Shown: positions 39,352 through 48,905 of the stretch, piece by piece
Position numbering within the stretch: the first letter of the stretch is position 1
Layout: each line of letters starts with the position of its first letter
Virus record (IMG/VR): IMGVR_UViG_3300021400_000046
Coordinates: 64,001 to 128,000 of that record
Origin: a virus
Taxonomy: Duplodnaviria; Caudoviricetes
Reading direction: 5' to 3' (one strand)
Length of the DNA: 64,000 bases
Translations under genes and position numbers: made by a program
The notes under the pieces: model-generated
The model's input: the letters and a program-made list of their open reading frames with translations, nothing else
Databases searched by the model: none
Told to the model about the DNA's origin: nothing

Positions 39352-39678
39352 TTAAAGTAATTCTCTCCCACAAGTAGGGCAGTATTTAGCATTAACTAAA
39401 TCAAATTGACCTAATATTTTTGGGAAAGAAGAATTATATAAGAGGCAATCGCATTTTGAGCAGCGCATTGTTGTAATGCCTGTTCGCTTTATGATTTTTC
39501 TAAGCGCAACCTTATCGTTAAGTGGTTGGTTTTTCATTTCATCATAAATTGATTGCGCATTTTTGTAAGTACACCATGTAATCCATGTGTTGCAATCGGC
39601 GCAGTACACGCCCATTCTTCGACCATTTGGTTTTACATAAACTTTGTTGTGTCCACATTCAGGACAAATATATTCCAT
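39352..39678 (-). CDS. Double Zn-ribbon protein
   Basis: Four CxxC pairs. Confidence 0.65.
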   Translation of the reverse strand: MEYICPECGHNKVYVKPNGRRMGVYCADCNTWITWCTYKNAQSIYDEMKNQPLNDKVALRKIIKRTGITTMRCSKCDCLLYNSSFPKILGQFDLVNAKYCPTCGRELL

Positions 39679-39688
39679 TGTATCACCG

Positions 39689-40975
39689 TCATTCTAATTG
39701 AATTGTTTTTGCGGCGGCAAGCAATTCTTCTTTAACATTTCTTACCTGGTCATAAATTACTCTATCAAGCAGCCATGATAAAATATAACCAATTTCTTTC
39801 CCGCTATAACCTTCAGCAATCAGATCATTCCCATTAACGGCAAGGTATTTCAATGAATAAACATCTTGTTCATTTTTGCATCTGGAAATCTCAAGCCTTA
39901 AACTGTTCAAATTAATTCTTTTGTTTCGATCTTTACCAGAAATAATTAAAGCAAAATCACAAATACAATCAGCATCAAGATTTTTAATTTCACACAAAAG
40001 TTTTCTCGCAATATGTCGTAGCATTTTTGTGTCCATAAGATAAGCGAACATCATTTCGCAAATTTTATTACCATAATACACAGTTTTATAAGTAGAGAAT
40101 ACAATATCGTTTGAGAATTTGAAATGCTTCAATATATTAATTACATTTGTGTTTCTGAAAATAATCGCCAACCGCAAAACAAGGTTGTTTCTCGTTCCAA
40201 TCAGGTTAAGTGCAAGGTCTTTGTTATTGATATTTAGTGGCTCAATAGACAGAGATTTAACAATATCAATAAAGAATTGTAATGTGTCAAAATAAAATTC
40301 AGAATGAATTTGGTCGCAAAGCCTTTTATCAGAGAGAATTTTAGAAATTTCATCACAAACCCTCTCTTTTGATATATTTTTCAAAAGAACAAGATTGCGT
40401 TTCATGGCTGCAAATGTTTCATCTTCAATCCGAAAACCAAATCTCAAAGAGAAACGAACAGCACGAATAATACGCAGAGCATCTTCCTTAAAACGAGCAT
40501 CTGGATTACCGACACATCTAATGACCATATTCTTAATGTCTTGTTCGCCGCCATATGGATCAACAATACCATTAATATTATAAGCCATAGCATTGATAGT
40601 GAAATCTCGTCTGGCAAGATCGAGTTCCAAATTGCTTGTATAAGTCACTTGCTCTGGATGCCGGTTGTCTTTATACTCACCATCAATTCGATACGTGGTG
40701 ATTTCAAATGAATCGCAACTATCGTCAATCTCAGACTTTAGTAGTACCGTAACAGTTCCATGTTTAATACCTGTCTCGATAACTTCACAATCACTAAAAA
40801 TCTGAGTTACAACATCCGGCGTTGCAGAAGTGCAAATATCCCAATCGTGTGGTGTAATTTTTAATACACTATCTCTTACGCAACCTCCGACAACATATGC
40901 TTCATATCCGTTGTCGTGTAGTCTATTCAAAAGAAATTCTACTCGCATTGGGAGTTTAATCTTTACACAATCCAC
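39689..40975 (-). CDS. cca: CCA-adding tRNA nucleotidyltransferase
   Basis: VGGCVRD, DWD, RRDFTINA, RF.EDALR..RA.RF. Confidence 0.9.
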   Translation of the reverse strand: MDCVKIKLPMRVEFLLNRLHDNGYEAYVVGGCVRDSVLKITPHDWDICTSATPDVVTQIFSDCEVIETGIKHGTVTVLLKSEIDDSCDSFEITTYRIDGEYKDNRHPEQVTYTSNLELDLARRDFTINAMAYNINGIVDPYGGEQDIKNMVIRCVGNPDARFKEDALRIIRAVRFSLRFGFRIEDETFAAMKRNLVLLKNISKERVCDEISKILSDKRLCDQIHSEFYFDTLQFFIDIVKSLSIEPLNINNKDLALNLIGTRNNLVLRLAIIFRNTNVINILKHFKFSNDIVFSTYKTVYYGNKICEMMFAYLMDTKMLRHIARKLLCEIKNLDADCICDFALIISGKDRNKRINLNSLRLEISRCKNEQDVYSLKYLAVNGNDLIAEGYSGKEIGYILSWLLDRVIYDQVRNVKEELLAAAKTIQLE

Positions 40976-41913
40976 GGATTTTCAATCTCCTTTAGGAATT
41001 TTGCAAGCTGGCCGTTATGATAGAAAACAAGATCATCTTCTGTGATTTCAATATCTTGATAATGCTTCCATAATTGGTGAAAAATTTCTGCATCAACACA
41101 CTTAAAATCAAGCGGTTTATCTGAAAACGGGAAGGACTTAAACCATCCATAATTGCCAGCTTTATGTAAAGAAAAAATCTCAACTCTTACAAGAGATTTC
41201 AAATCATCTGGAATAGCATTTTTAAGTTCCGAAGTAGAAATTACATCAAGACCATTTGTATGTTTCTGAACTAATGGAATAATAATTTCATCTTCACCAA
41301 GACTGAAAACATTAAGCTGCTCAAACCGTTGTTTAATCTTATTGTAAATTCTCTCCATCAGATAAGACTCATATTTAATTTGACGCTTTGGGTTACACGC
41401 GCCAAAAATTACTTGCCGGATATATTTACTACCAGCGAAATGCTGACTATCTGTAAATTGTCCAACAAATTCTTCCCATGTATCACATCCATTGAAAATC
41501 TCAGGAGAAAAATACCGCATTGAAGAAAAGTTTGCTTTCTTCATGTCGATTGAAATAAACAGTCCACCATTATTCGGCTCAATATAAAGGTTATTCTTGC
41601 TAACTTCCTGTGTTGTTTTTGAAAGAGTAAGAGCATTGAACTCCTGGTAAATTGGATGGTTTTTAATAGCGTTGATAATTGCATCCTTAGTCGCGTTATA
41701 CCATTCCAAGTAACTTTGTTCTGAATCAAATGCCGCTACTTCATCACAATATCTATCCCACTTCTTCAAACAATCAAAAAGAGGATTAATAGCTTCAAGT
41801 CGCTGAAGGAAATACGGGTTATCATAAACAGTAATTGGGAGGCTGCAATCCCTAATAAACCGTTTCTTCAAGATTGTAGAGTTAATAATCTGATCTCTTG
41901 TCATGGTTCTCAT
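40963..41913 (-). CDS. Conserved hypothetical phage protein
   Basis: Long ORF, SIDMKKANF motif. Confidence 0.7.
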   Translation of the reverse strand: MRTMTRDQIINSTILKKRFIRDCSLPITVYDNPYFLQRLEAINPLFDCLKKWDRYCDEVAAFDSEQSYLEWYNATKDAIINAIKNHPIYQEFNALTLSKTTQEVSKNNLYIEPNNGGLFISIDMKKANFSSMRYFSPEIFNGCDTWEEFVGQFTDSQHFAGSKYIRQVIFGACNPKRQIKYESYLMERIYNKIKQRFEQLNVFSLGEDEIIIPLVQKHTNGLDVISTSELKNAIPDDLKSLVRVEIFSLHKAGNYGWFKSFPFSDKPLDFKCVDAEIFHQLWKHYQDIEITEDDLVFYHNGQLAKFLKEIENPWIV

Positions 41914-43075
41914 TGCTCCAATCTAACTTCTGCCCACAATGTTCACAATGTTCTTGCTTAAAATGGTCAATGGCACATTTGCACTTAGGGCAAGTATATT
42001 CTGCCGGGTCATTCTTGTGTGGGCTTCCTGGATCATATTCAACCTGTCTTGCATTACTGAAAACAATCATTTCATTGATACGCTCAACGAAATCATTTAC
42101 CTTTGTCATATCCGCATTGTCAGGCAGATCAGTATGTGTTTTCAGATAGTCAAGGCGGGCTTCGCAATCATCTACAATTTCATAAAACGCCGCTGTCGGC
42201 TGTCTGTTATCATCCAGATATTCACCGTTTCTAATGCTCATAAGCAAGTCATGGTCTTTCTCTCTGAAGGTGATAATCTCGCCGCGTTCCAGAATATCAA
42301 ACGCCATGAGATAGAGCCGAACAAGGTGTGCCATGTGCTTACCGAGTTTATCATGCGCAATAGCCTTTTCATTTCGCTTGCCAATCTTCGCATAAGAGCC
42401 GATAATCATTCCCATATCATTCATGCTGGCTCTAAACTCTCTGAGCGGGTAGTGCTGCAAAGAAATATCACAGAAAATTTCTGTGTCATAATCAGGGTTA
42501 TTAGACTTATCAATATAGAGTCTAAGAGCATCATCTGGTCTTGCAGTATATCTTTGCCGCAATTCATAAGAGGCGTGTTCAATGCTTTTGAGAATGTGTT
42601 GCTCTTGTTCTCCCTGACTTACAAGCCGCGCAGACTTATTTTCAAGCCGCCTCAACTGTGCATTTGCGTAGCCAGCAAATGAATGAATTACACGCTTAGA
42701 TAAGAAGATGTGGCGGTTCTTGATAATCTCTCGCCCAATATCGGTAAGATAAATATAGTCTTGCGGCCTAAGTCCAAGCATTTCAATGGTATTCGGATTA
42801 CAAGAACAGAACAACTTGATAATCTTGTCAAATGAATAGATTGTTGTATCTGTCTCTGTCTCAACCACCTGTTCAAAGTCGTTCCCAATAAGGATATTTC
42901 TCTTTGAATTTGTTGCGATCCCCCGAATATCAATATCTGAGTTCTCATTGTTTAAGCCATAAGCATGGCTGCCGCCATAACCGAGAAGAACAATATTATC
43001 ACCAAGATTCTGGTCTATGCGCAAAAAGTCATATTTTGGTCTTGAAATAATCTGTGAAATATTATCGACGCTCAT
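41882..43075 (-). CDS. Pol-beta superfamily nucleotidyltransferase (RlaP/YcgL-like)
   Basis: GGSHAYGL...SDIDIRGI, NPN.IE.L, GYA..Q, KH..HL.RL. Confidence 0.85.
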   Translation of the reverse strand: MSVDNISQIISRPKYDFLRIDQNLGDNIVLLGYGGSHAYGLNNENSDIDIRGIATNSKRNILIGNDFEQVVETETDTTIYSFDKIIKLFCSCNPNTIEMLGLRPQDYIYLTDIGREIIKNRHIFLSKRVIHSFAGYANAQLRRLENKSARLVSQGEQEQHILKSIEHASYELRQRYTARPDDALRLYIDKSNNPDYDTEIFCDISLQHYPLREFRASMNDMGMIIGSYAKIGKRNEKAIAHDKLGKHMAHLVRLYLMAFDILERGEIITFREKDHDLLMSIRNGEYLDDNRQPTAAFYEIVDDCEARLDYLKTHTDLPDNADMTKVNDFVERINEMIVFSNARQVEYDPGSPHKNDPAEYTCPKCKCAIDHFKQEHCEHCGQKLDWSNENHDKRSDY

Positions 43076-43105
43076 ATAAATTCACCGCCTTGTTTTCTTG
43101 GGTAA

Positions 43106-43150
43106 AGTATATCATAATTTCTATTTTATGTCAAGGTAGTTTTCACAACA
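43106..43150 (-). promoter_or_regulatory. Phage promoter type A (copy 2)
   Basis: TGTTGTGAAAACTACC-TTGACA-17-TATACT. Confidence 0.85.
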
Positions 43151-43244
43151 TATTCTAATCATATAATTAAATGTCCTGTTTATGGGACATTTAATATAGT
43201 AGAATACCGGCAGAAGCAGAAATAGCCGCTGCCGATTATTTACT

Positions 43245-43532
43245 TTACCAATAGTTTCTTTGATCTTCTTCCTCAACATCAACCGTAAAACACTTAACAG
43301 TTGCCTCAGTAAACGATGCTACAATCCGTCTAAACTCGCTCAAAGAAAATCCAAGTTGATTTGTTTCTGGAATTTCAATAAGTAATTCTTCTTGATCCGT
43401 AAGCGTATTTGCGTTAGATAAGCTGCTAAACACCGTTTTTAACTGTGCAAGAAGATTGGAAGGTGATACTTTACTAATAATATGTACAGAAATAAACTGT
43501 CGGTTTTCATCTTTTTTAGAAAATTCAATCAT
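43245..43532 (-). CDS. Hypothetical protein divergent from repressor
   Basis: GGAGG RBS, own promoter. Confidence 0.65.
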   Translation of the reverse strand: MIEFSKKDENRQFISVHIISKVSPSNLLAQLKTVFSSLSNANTLTDQEELLIEIPETNQLGFSLSEFRRIVASFTEATVKCFTVDVEEEDQRNYW

Positions 43533-43549
43533 TATTTCAACCTCCGGTA

Positions 43550-43643
43550 TTGACTTTTATGACTATTTGCATTATGATTATGTGGAAGGATGACTTCTTT
43601 CATGCTTCACCGTCATTATATATGATTTTAGTCTTGTTGTCAA
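43550..43643. promoter_or_regulatory. Face-to-face promoters of the lysogeny switch
   Basis: + strand TTGACT-17-TATGAT (43550-43578); - strand TTGACA-17-TATAAT (43643-43615). Confidence 0.7.
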
Positions 43644-43680
43644 GCATTATTTTTGAAATTAATCTTAATGGAGGATTGTT

Positions 43681-44043
43681 ATGGAAGGCAGTGTTATTTA
43701 CCAACGTATTAATGCGCTATGCTCTGAAAGAGGCATTACCATCAATAAACTCGAAAAGGAAATCGGTGTTGCCGTTGCAACAATCCAAAAATGGCAGGAT
43801 TCAAAAAGATCGCCGTCAGTTGAAAATGTTGGAGCTGTGGCGCAATATTTCAATGTTTCTATTGAATATCTTTTAGGTACAACAGATGTTAGAAGTACGA
43901 TTAACCAAATACTATCAGAAGATGATGGAGTTATTTCTTTGCAAAGAGCAATGGAGAAAATGACACCAGTGGATAAATCTCGTGTTATGGCTATGCTTCG
44001 AGCTGGCTATGATTATGCTTTCAGGGAGGACAGTAACGATTAA
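43681..44043 (+). CDS. XRE-family HTH repressor (ImmR/CI-like)
   Basis: N-terminal HTH ending YFNVSIEYLLG. Confidence 0.9.
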   Translation: MEGSVIYQRINALCSERGITINKLEKEIGVAVATIQKWQDSKRSPSVENVGAVAQYFNVSIEYLLGTTDVRSTINQILSEDDGVISLQRAMEKMTPVDKSRVMAMLRAGYDYAFREDSND

Positions 44044-44658
44044 ATGATTAGATACAACTACATCAACAGGCAAGTGTTACGAGTTTATGCTTTGTTGGAT
44101 CATATTTCTTTCCCAATCAATCCAAAAGAGATTATAAACCAATTCGTAAATTGTAGATATATGTCATATCAAACATTTGCGAAAATCAATGGTTGTACAG
44201 TTGATGAAGTTATAGAAATGTGTGAAAGTAAATCCGGCTGCACTCATTATCAAATTGAAAATGATCGTTACCTTGTTCTTTGTAACGAATCTACTGATAA
44301 CAATAACAATTATGGTAGACAACGGTGGACTTGTTTGCATGAGATTGGGCATATTCTATGTGGGCATCACAAAAAATCGGCTATTGATCTGCTTTCAGAA
44401 AACAGAATACCAGGAACAGAAAATAAAGAATTTGAATCAGAAGCAGACTATTTTGCGGCAATGGTAGCAGCTCCGTTCCCACTTTTTGACATTCTCGGTA
44501 TTAGGTCTGTAATTGATGTTCAAAACACATTTGGGCTTTCAAGTGAGGCATCACTTTACAGATTCACACAATATATCAAGTGGAAAAAAGACCACAGAAA
44601 AACAGCATGGGAAAATGACATGGTTCATTTATATATGCAAAAAGGCAACAGTTTCTAA
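44044..44658 (+). CDS. ImmA/IrrE-family metallopeptidase anti-repressor
   Basis: RQRWT.LHEIGH, E.EAD.FA. Confidence 0.9.
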   Translation: MIRYNYINRQVLRVYALLDHISFPINPKEIINQFVNCRYMSYQTFAKINGCTVDEVIEMCESKSGCTHYQIENDRYLVLCNESTDNNNNYGRQRWTCLHEIGHILCGHHKKSAIDLLSENRIPGTENKEFESEADYFAAMVAAPFPLFDILGIRSVIDVQNTFGLSSEASLYRFTQYIKWKKDHRKTAWENDMVHLYMQKGNSF

Positions 44659-44703
44659 CATATAAACCACTCCGTAGGGAAAACTCTCTACGGAGTGATT
44701 TTT

Positions 44704-45126
44704 ATGACTGAACAAGAATACAAACACATTCGCAATCTTGCTTGGAGTATTCTCATTGAAATTGGCGCTAACTCTTTACCAGTTCAGCTTGATACAATAA
44801 CAAACATCTATCAGATAAGCGTTAATGTAGATAACTACTATAACAAAGCTATTCAGATTTCTTCCTGCTTGTTGTCTATATTTGGCTTAAATAAAGATTT
44901 GTCTGAAATGCTTGCTATCAGGTTGCTATCTCCGATGGTTGTGTTAAAAGAAATTGGTGTTCGTTCTGGTAAAGATATTGCAAAGTTGACAGGTCTGCCG
45001 ATTTTTGTTGCAAATAAGAGATACGAGCGCCTTCAGATGCTTGTAAAGCGTAACGCATTTTGCACTTCACGACTTGAACAGATTGTGTTAAAGCAATTTG
45101 AACCGTGGATTATTGCTAACCGTTAA
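44704..45126 (+). CDS. Degenerate ImmA-like protein lacking HExxH
   Basis: N- and C-termini resemble ImmA-family proteins (AW..L....SLPV; RLLSP..VL....IAKL); catalytic core absent. Confidence 0.55.
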   Translation: MTEQEYKHIRNLAWSILIEIGANSLPVQLDTITNIYQISVNVDNYYNKAIQISSCLLSIFGLNKDLSEMLAIRLLSPMVVLKEIGVRSGKDIAKLTGLPIFVANKRYERLQMLVKRNAFCTSRLEQIVLKQFEPWIIANR

Positions 45127-45824
45127 GCCTTTGTTGTGCAATATCAAAATATGTATTATCTATCTCTATTCCAATGAAATTGCGATTTAAGTTTTTGCAG
45201 GCCATACCTGTACTTCCAATACCCATAAATGGGTCTAATATAATTTGTCCTTCACGAGATGAATTATCAATCAATATCTCCATTAACTCAATTGGCTTTT
45301 CTGTATCATGAAGATTTTTACCAGAAGCATCTTTGCTCTTTTTGTTTGGAATAGAAAGAATATCACTTGTGCCACAATGGTTAATTTGAACACCTTTCCC
45401 TTTTCGGAAGAACAGAATATACTCATATTGCGACATATAAAACCTTCCCATAAGTTTATTGCCTTTATTCCAAATAAGACTTTTGATAAAATGAAAACCA
45501 ACGCCAGTAAATGTGTTAAGCATATTTATCAAATTCACATGATTTGACATGACATAACAATGACTTCCATCCTTTAACAAACGGAAAAACTCAGGCGCAT
45601 ATTCTGAGCAATCAATACTGTTGTGTTCAAATATCTTTCCTTGCATTGTTGCTTTTGTTGCCATCATACCACCAGTGTTACCAGCGCAGCCTTTCTTTGT
45701 AATTGGGTAAGGAGGATCAGTAACAATCAGATCAATACTTTTATCAGGAAGTTTCTTTAATTCAGTAATACAATCTCCACAAATAAGATTTTGCCAGGGG
45801 GGTGATGGTAGTATCTATATTCAA
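45116..45824 (-). CDS. N6-adenine DNA methyltransferase, out of frame by one C in a C6 tract (G6 at 45797-45802 on +)
   Basis: CGDC...IVTDPPY upstream of the tracked ORF; H.TEKP, LDPFMG.G; RBS plus TTG 45824 joins only with C5. Confidence 0.8.
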
Positions 45825-45838
45825 TATTTCTCCTATGG

Positions 45839-46807
45839 TTAGCCAGCAGAAATCAAGGCGTTTCCGCAAGTAATTCTATCGCTATCTTCTTCAAGACTCG
45901 GCACAAATACAATCACTTGCCAACCTTCTTCTACAAGTGGCTTTTCAAATTCCCTGTAAACATCGTAATCTGTATAAGTTGTAGTAACATCAAACCCATT
46001 TTCAACAGCAGACTTAGTTTCATGAATAGGTGTAATCTTGACAATAAACTTATTCTTATCAAACAATTCAGAAAGCCGCTTTGCGTCAAGAATAGTCTTT
46101 GACGTTACTGCAAAATTCAAAGTATACTTTCTGCCAACCGGCATAGGAAGTTTTGAAGCAAGTTCTGAAATTTCTTCAAGACTTAAACTCATGCCATTAA
46201 ACTGTTCATTTCGCTGGTTATCATCTGTGCTATTAATACTAAACTGCAATCCAGCTTCGCCATTATAAGAATTGTTTTTAATATCGCACCACTTTAAGAT
46301 AAACTGTTCAAGGTTTCCGTTAGATTTTGGCAACATCGTTGACACAACAGGATGAATTGTATCTGCTTTAATGTAATGATTTACAAGCGGCCTAAGACAA
46401 TACTCGGCAAATATCAAAACATTCTTATTGAATGTTGGTTCTCCCATTCTTGCGAAATGGACATTAAATCTTTCTGTATGCTGTACATCTTCACTTTTGA
46501 CAATCGTAGCAATTTGTTCCCATAGATCATATAAACTAACATTACCATAAAAACCATATTTCGGGCAATCGCAGAATTTACATTTCATAGGGCAACCATG
46601 CTGTGTGCTAATTGTTGCTACCCACTTTTCTGACAAATCCACGTCAGTATTCATTACCCCCGAAATTTCTTTAGTTAGTCCGAGAAAATCAGCTTTAATA
46701 TTGTTTTCCTTGCCGTAATCGCCAACGGTCAGAAATTCAAGACGATTATCTTTATCAACAAAAATCTTCCCTGTATGTGTTTTAACGATCTCCATAGTAA
46801 ACCTCAA
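45839..46807 (-). CDS. RlmN/Cfr-like radical SAM protein
   Basis: ISTQ.GCPMKCKFC, MGEP, VST, C-terminal ITCG. Confidence 0.8.
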   Translation of the reverse strand: MRFTMEIVKTHTGKIFVDKDNRLEFLTVGDYGKENNIKADFLGLTKEISGVMNTDVDLSEKWVATISTQHGCPMKCKFCDCPKYGFYGNVSLYDLWEQIATIVKSEDVQHTERFNVHFARMGEPTFNKNVLIFAEYCLRPLVNHYIKADTIHPVVSTMLPKSNGNLEQFILKWCDIKNNSYNGEAGLQFSINSTDDNQRNEQFNGMSLSLEEISELASKLPMPVGRKYTLNFAVTSKTILDAKRLSELFDKNKFIVKITPIHETKSAVENGFDVTTTYTDYDVYREFEKPLVEEGWQVIVFVPSLEEDSDRITCGNALISAG

Positions 46808-47190
46808 TCAATATATTCTAATTCAGATAGAATATCAGATGGCACATTCCCAATCCAAACATAACTGTTCTTCAAGATAAACTCATTATATGAACTTGCC
46901 GTTTTGTTGGCTCTCATTTTCGCTTGTTCAGCCCATGATTGCTTTTCTGGATTACCGCTATCTTTGTACTGCTCATATGTAAGTCGATCAGAATTATATG
47001 ACGCAATCATAGATCGGCAAGTATCTTCTACTTTTTTCTTTGTGTTGTAGTTTGTTGCATCATCAACTTTCTGCACAGTATAAAACCAACTGTTCCATAC
47101 TGCTCTACCAGCAGGAGTAACAGCAAAGAAAAGAATGCTGCAAAGAACTACCACAACAACTACAATAGCAATCTTTTCGCCTTTGCTCAT
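46804..47190 (-). CDS. Membrane-anchored hypothetical protein
   Basis: N-terminal TM helix. Confidence 0.65.
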   Translation of the reverse strand: MSKGEKIAIVVVVVVLCSILFFAVTPAGRAVWNSWFYTVQKVDDATNYNTKKKVEDTCRSMIASYNSDRLTYEQYKDSGNPEKQSWAEQAKMRANKTASSYNEFILKNSYVWIGNVPSDILSELEYID

Positions 47191-47774
47191 TAGCGTCCTC
47201 CATCAATATTCAAAACAGGGGACTCAACAACAAACGGAATGTCAGAATACAGATAGTCGCCGCTCCACTCAATGTACTTGCCATCAGGAGTGAAAAAGAA
47301 AATGCCACTATCGTTTGTGCCGTATGAGCCGTCAACATCTGCAAGCCAATTATTTGTGTAGAGGTATCTGGACTCACCGGTTGCAGCCATTTCATAGTAT
47401 TCGCTATCAGGTGTAAGGAATGAATTAAGGCTTGACACCTTGCCATCAACAACGAAGTTACCAACAACAACATTACCACTGAAAAGGACAATATAACCAA
47501 GAGGTTTTTCAATTTCACAGACAAGTGAATTTGCCTTCTCACGCTGACCGTTTACCCAATAAGCTCTACGGATAAGATTGTACCGTTCAAGCGAATAGTT
47601 CAGATCAGTAGGTGTTGGCTGATTAGACTGTAAAGTATCTGCCGCGACCTTAGTGTTGTTTACATCTTGTTTTGATCCACCTTCGTCTGTTCTTTCATCC
47701 AAATCGCATCCGGTCAGAAGCATCATGGAAATAACAATTGTGATAACAAGAAAAATACTAACAATCTTCTTCAA
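47190..47774 (-). CDS. Lipoprotein
   Basis: Signal peptide with LTGC lipobox. Confidence 0.75.
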   Translation of the reverse strand: MKKIVSIFLVITIVISMMLLTGCDLDERTDEGGSKQDVNNTKVAADTLQSNQPTPTDLNYSLERYNLIRRAYWVNGQREKANSLVCEIEKPLGYIVLFSGNVVVGNFVVDGKVSSLNSFLTPDSEYYEMAATGESRYLYTNNWLADVDGSYGTNDSGIFFFTPDGKYIEWSGDYLYSDIPFVVESPVLNIDGGR

Positions 47775-47776
47775 TT

Positions 47777-48187
47777 TTAGTTTCCTCCATTTTCAAATTT
47801 CAAGTAAATTGGTTTTGGATTAAGCATGGCGCTATCTTCGCCAGTGATGTACTGATCTATCGTTGGCTTAATCTCGTCTTTTATATATGTTTCTCTAATA
47901 CGAGAATCCATAAAAATAACGTGCGACCAAATACCAGGAACCATGTGTTCTTTTGAAATAATCCTGATTGTGCTGCCATTATAGAACTCGATCTTGATAT
48001 TATCGGTCAAAGATACTTCCTTGATTACACCAGAGCCGTTATAGTAATCAGAAAGCTGGTTAAATAAATCGTTTGCAGTTTTGTTATCCTGTACATAAAA
48101 GGTAATGTCATAATTTGGATAAGTAGTGCAACGATCAAGAAATTTCACTTTATCTTTAATATTCATCAATGGTTTTTCTCCCAACAT
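47777..48187 (-). CDS. Hypothetical protein
   Basis: ORF in operon. Confidence 0.6.
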   Translation of the reverse strand: MLGEKPLMNIKDKVKFLDRCTTYPNYDITFYVQDNKTANDLFNQLSDYYNGSGVIKEVSLTDNIKIEFYNGSTIRIISKEHMVPGIWSHVIFMDSRIRETYIKDEIKPTIDQYITGEDSAMLNPKPIYLKFENGGN

Positions 48188-48390
48188 TCAACAGCGTCAA
48201 TAACTTTGTCATAATCTCCCGTACAATCACAAGCATACGTCATACACGCAACAAACCATTTGTTTTTTGGCGGGAAAATTGATCTTGATGAACCAACACG
48301 AACATCTGTGTTACCACAGTATTTGCATTTATGTAATCGCTGTTTGTACTTTTGTGTGTACTTTTCTGCAAGTACAAATCTAATTGCCAT
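48166..48390 (-). CDS. Zn-ribbon protein (Lar-like pattern)
   Basis: CKYCG...C...C...A...W. Confidence 0.5.
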   Translation of the reverse strand: MAIRFVLAEKYTQKYKQRLHKCKYCGNTDVRVGSSRSIFPPKNKWFVACMTYACDCTGDYDKVIDAVECWEKNH

Positions 48391-48857
48391 TATCTAATTC
48401 CAAGCATTTCAGCAAGATAATAGCCCATATCTTCAATAACAATGTGCTTAAACCCTGTTTCTGACATCAATTCTTTGATACTATCATCATAATTTCTTTT
48501 GATATATTCATATCTTAGGCGTTTTATATCCGGTATCGAAAAATGATAATTCATTGAAAGATTAAGACACCATTCATTCTTTAGATCAAGAGAAGGGTAA
48601 ACGAGTATCTGTTCATCTGCTGGCTTTCTTAGCAGCTCTTTTCTAACTTCTTTATGTGCAGAAACACAAACTGTAAAACCGCATCGACACAACCACCGTG
48701 CCACATTGCAATATTGAATTTCCCAACCTTCAGGCTTTTTATCATTCACATTAAACAAACTGCTATCAAGATCAATTACATAATCATTATTGTACGCCAA
48801 TGCTGATTTCCCAACGCCAGGGAAACCGACAATCACTTTTCCGTATTCTGGTTTCAT
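48390..48857 (-). CDS. P-loop kinase-like protein
   Basis: GFPGVGKS, DLDSS. Confidence 0.7.
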   Translation of the reverse strand: MKPEYGKVIVGFPGVGKSALAYNNDYVIDLDSSLFNVNDKKPEGWEIQYCNVARWLCRCGFTVCVSAHKEVRKELLRKPADEQILVYPSLDLKNEWCLNLSMNYHFSIPDIKRLRYEYIKRNYDDSIKELMSETGFKHIVIEDMGYYLAEMLGIR

Positions 48858-48905
48858 TTTCTCTCCGTGTTTCTTGTTTTCAATACTGGTATATACGCAT
48901 TAAAA

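Noticed and set aside
31601-42925. Other CGGGGG runs (31601 in the nucleotidase, ~42920 in the nucleotidyltransferase) as switches
   Set aside because: They are isolated, in frame and encode ordinary residues; consistent with chance.
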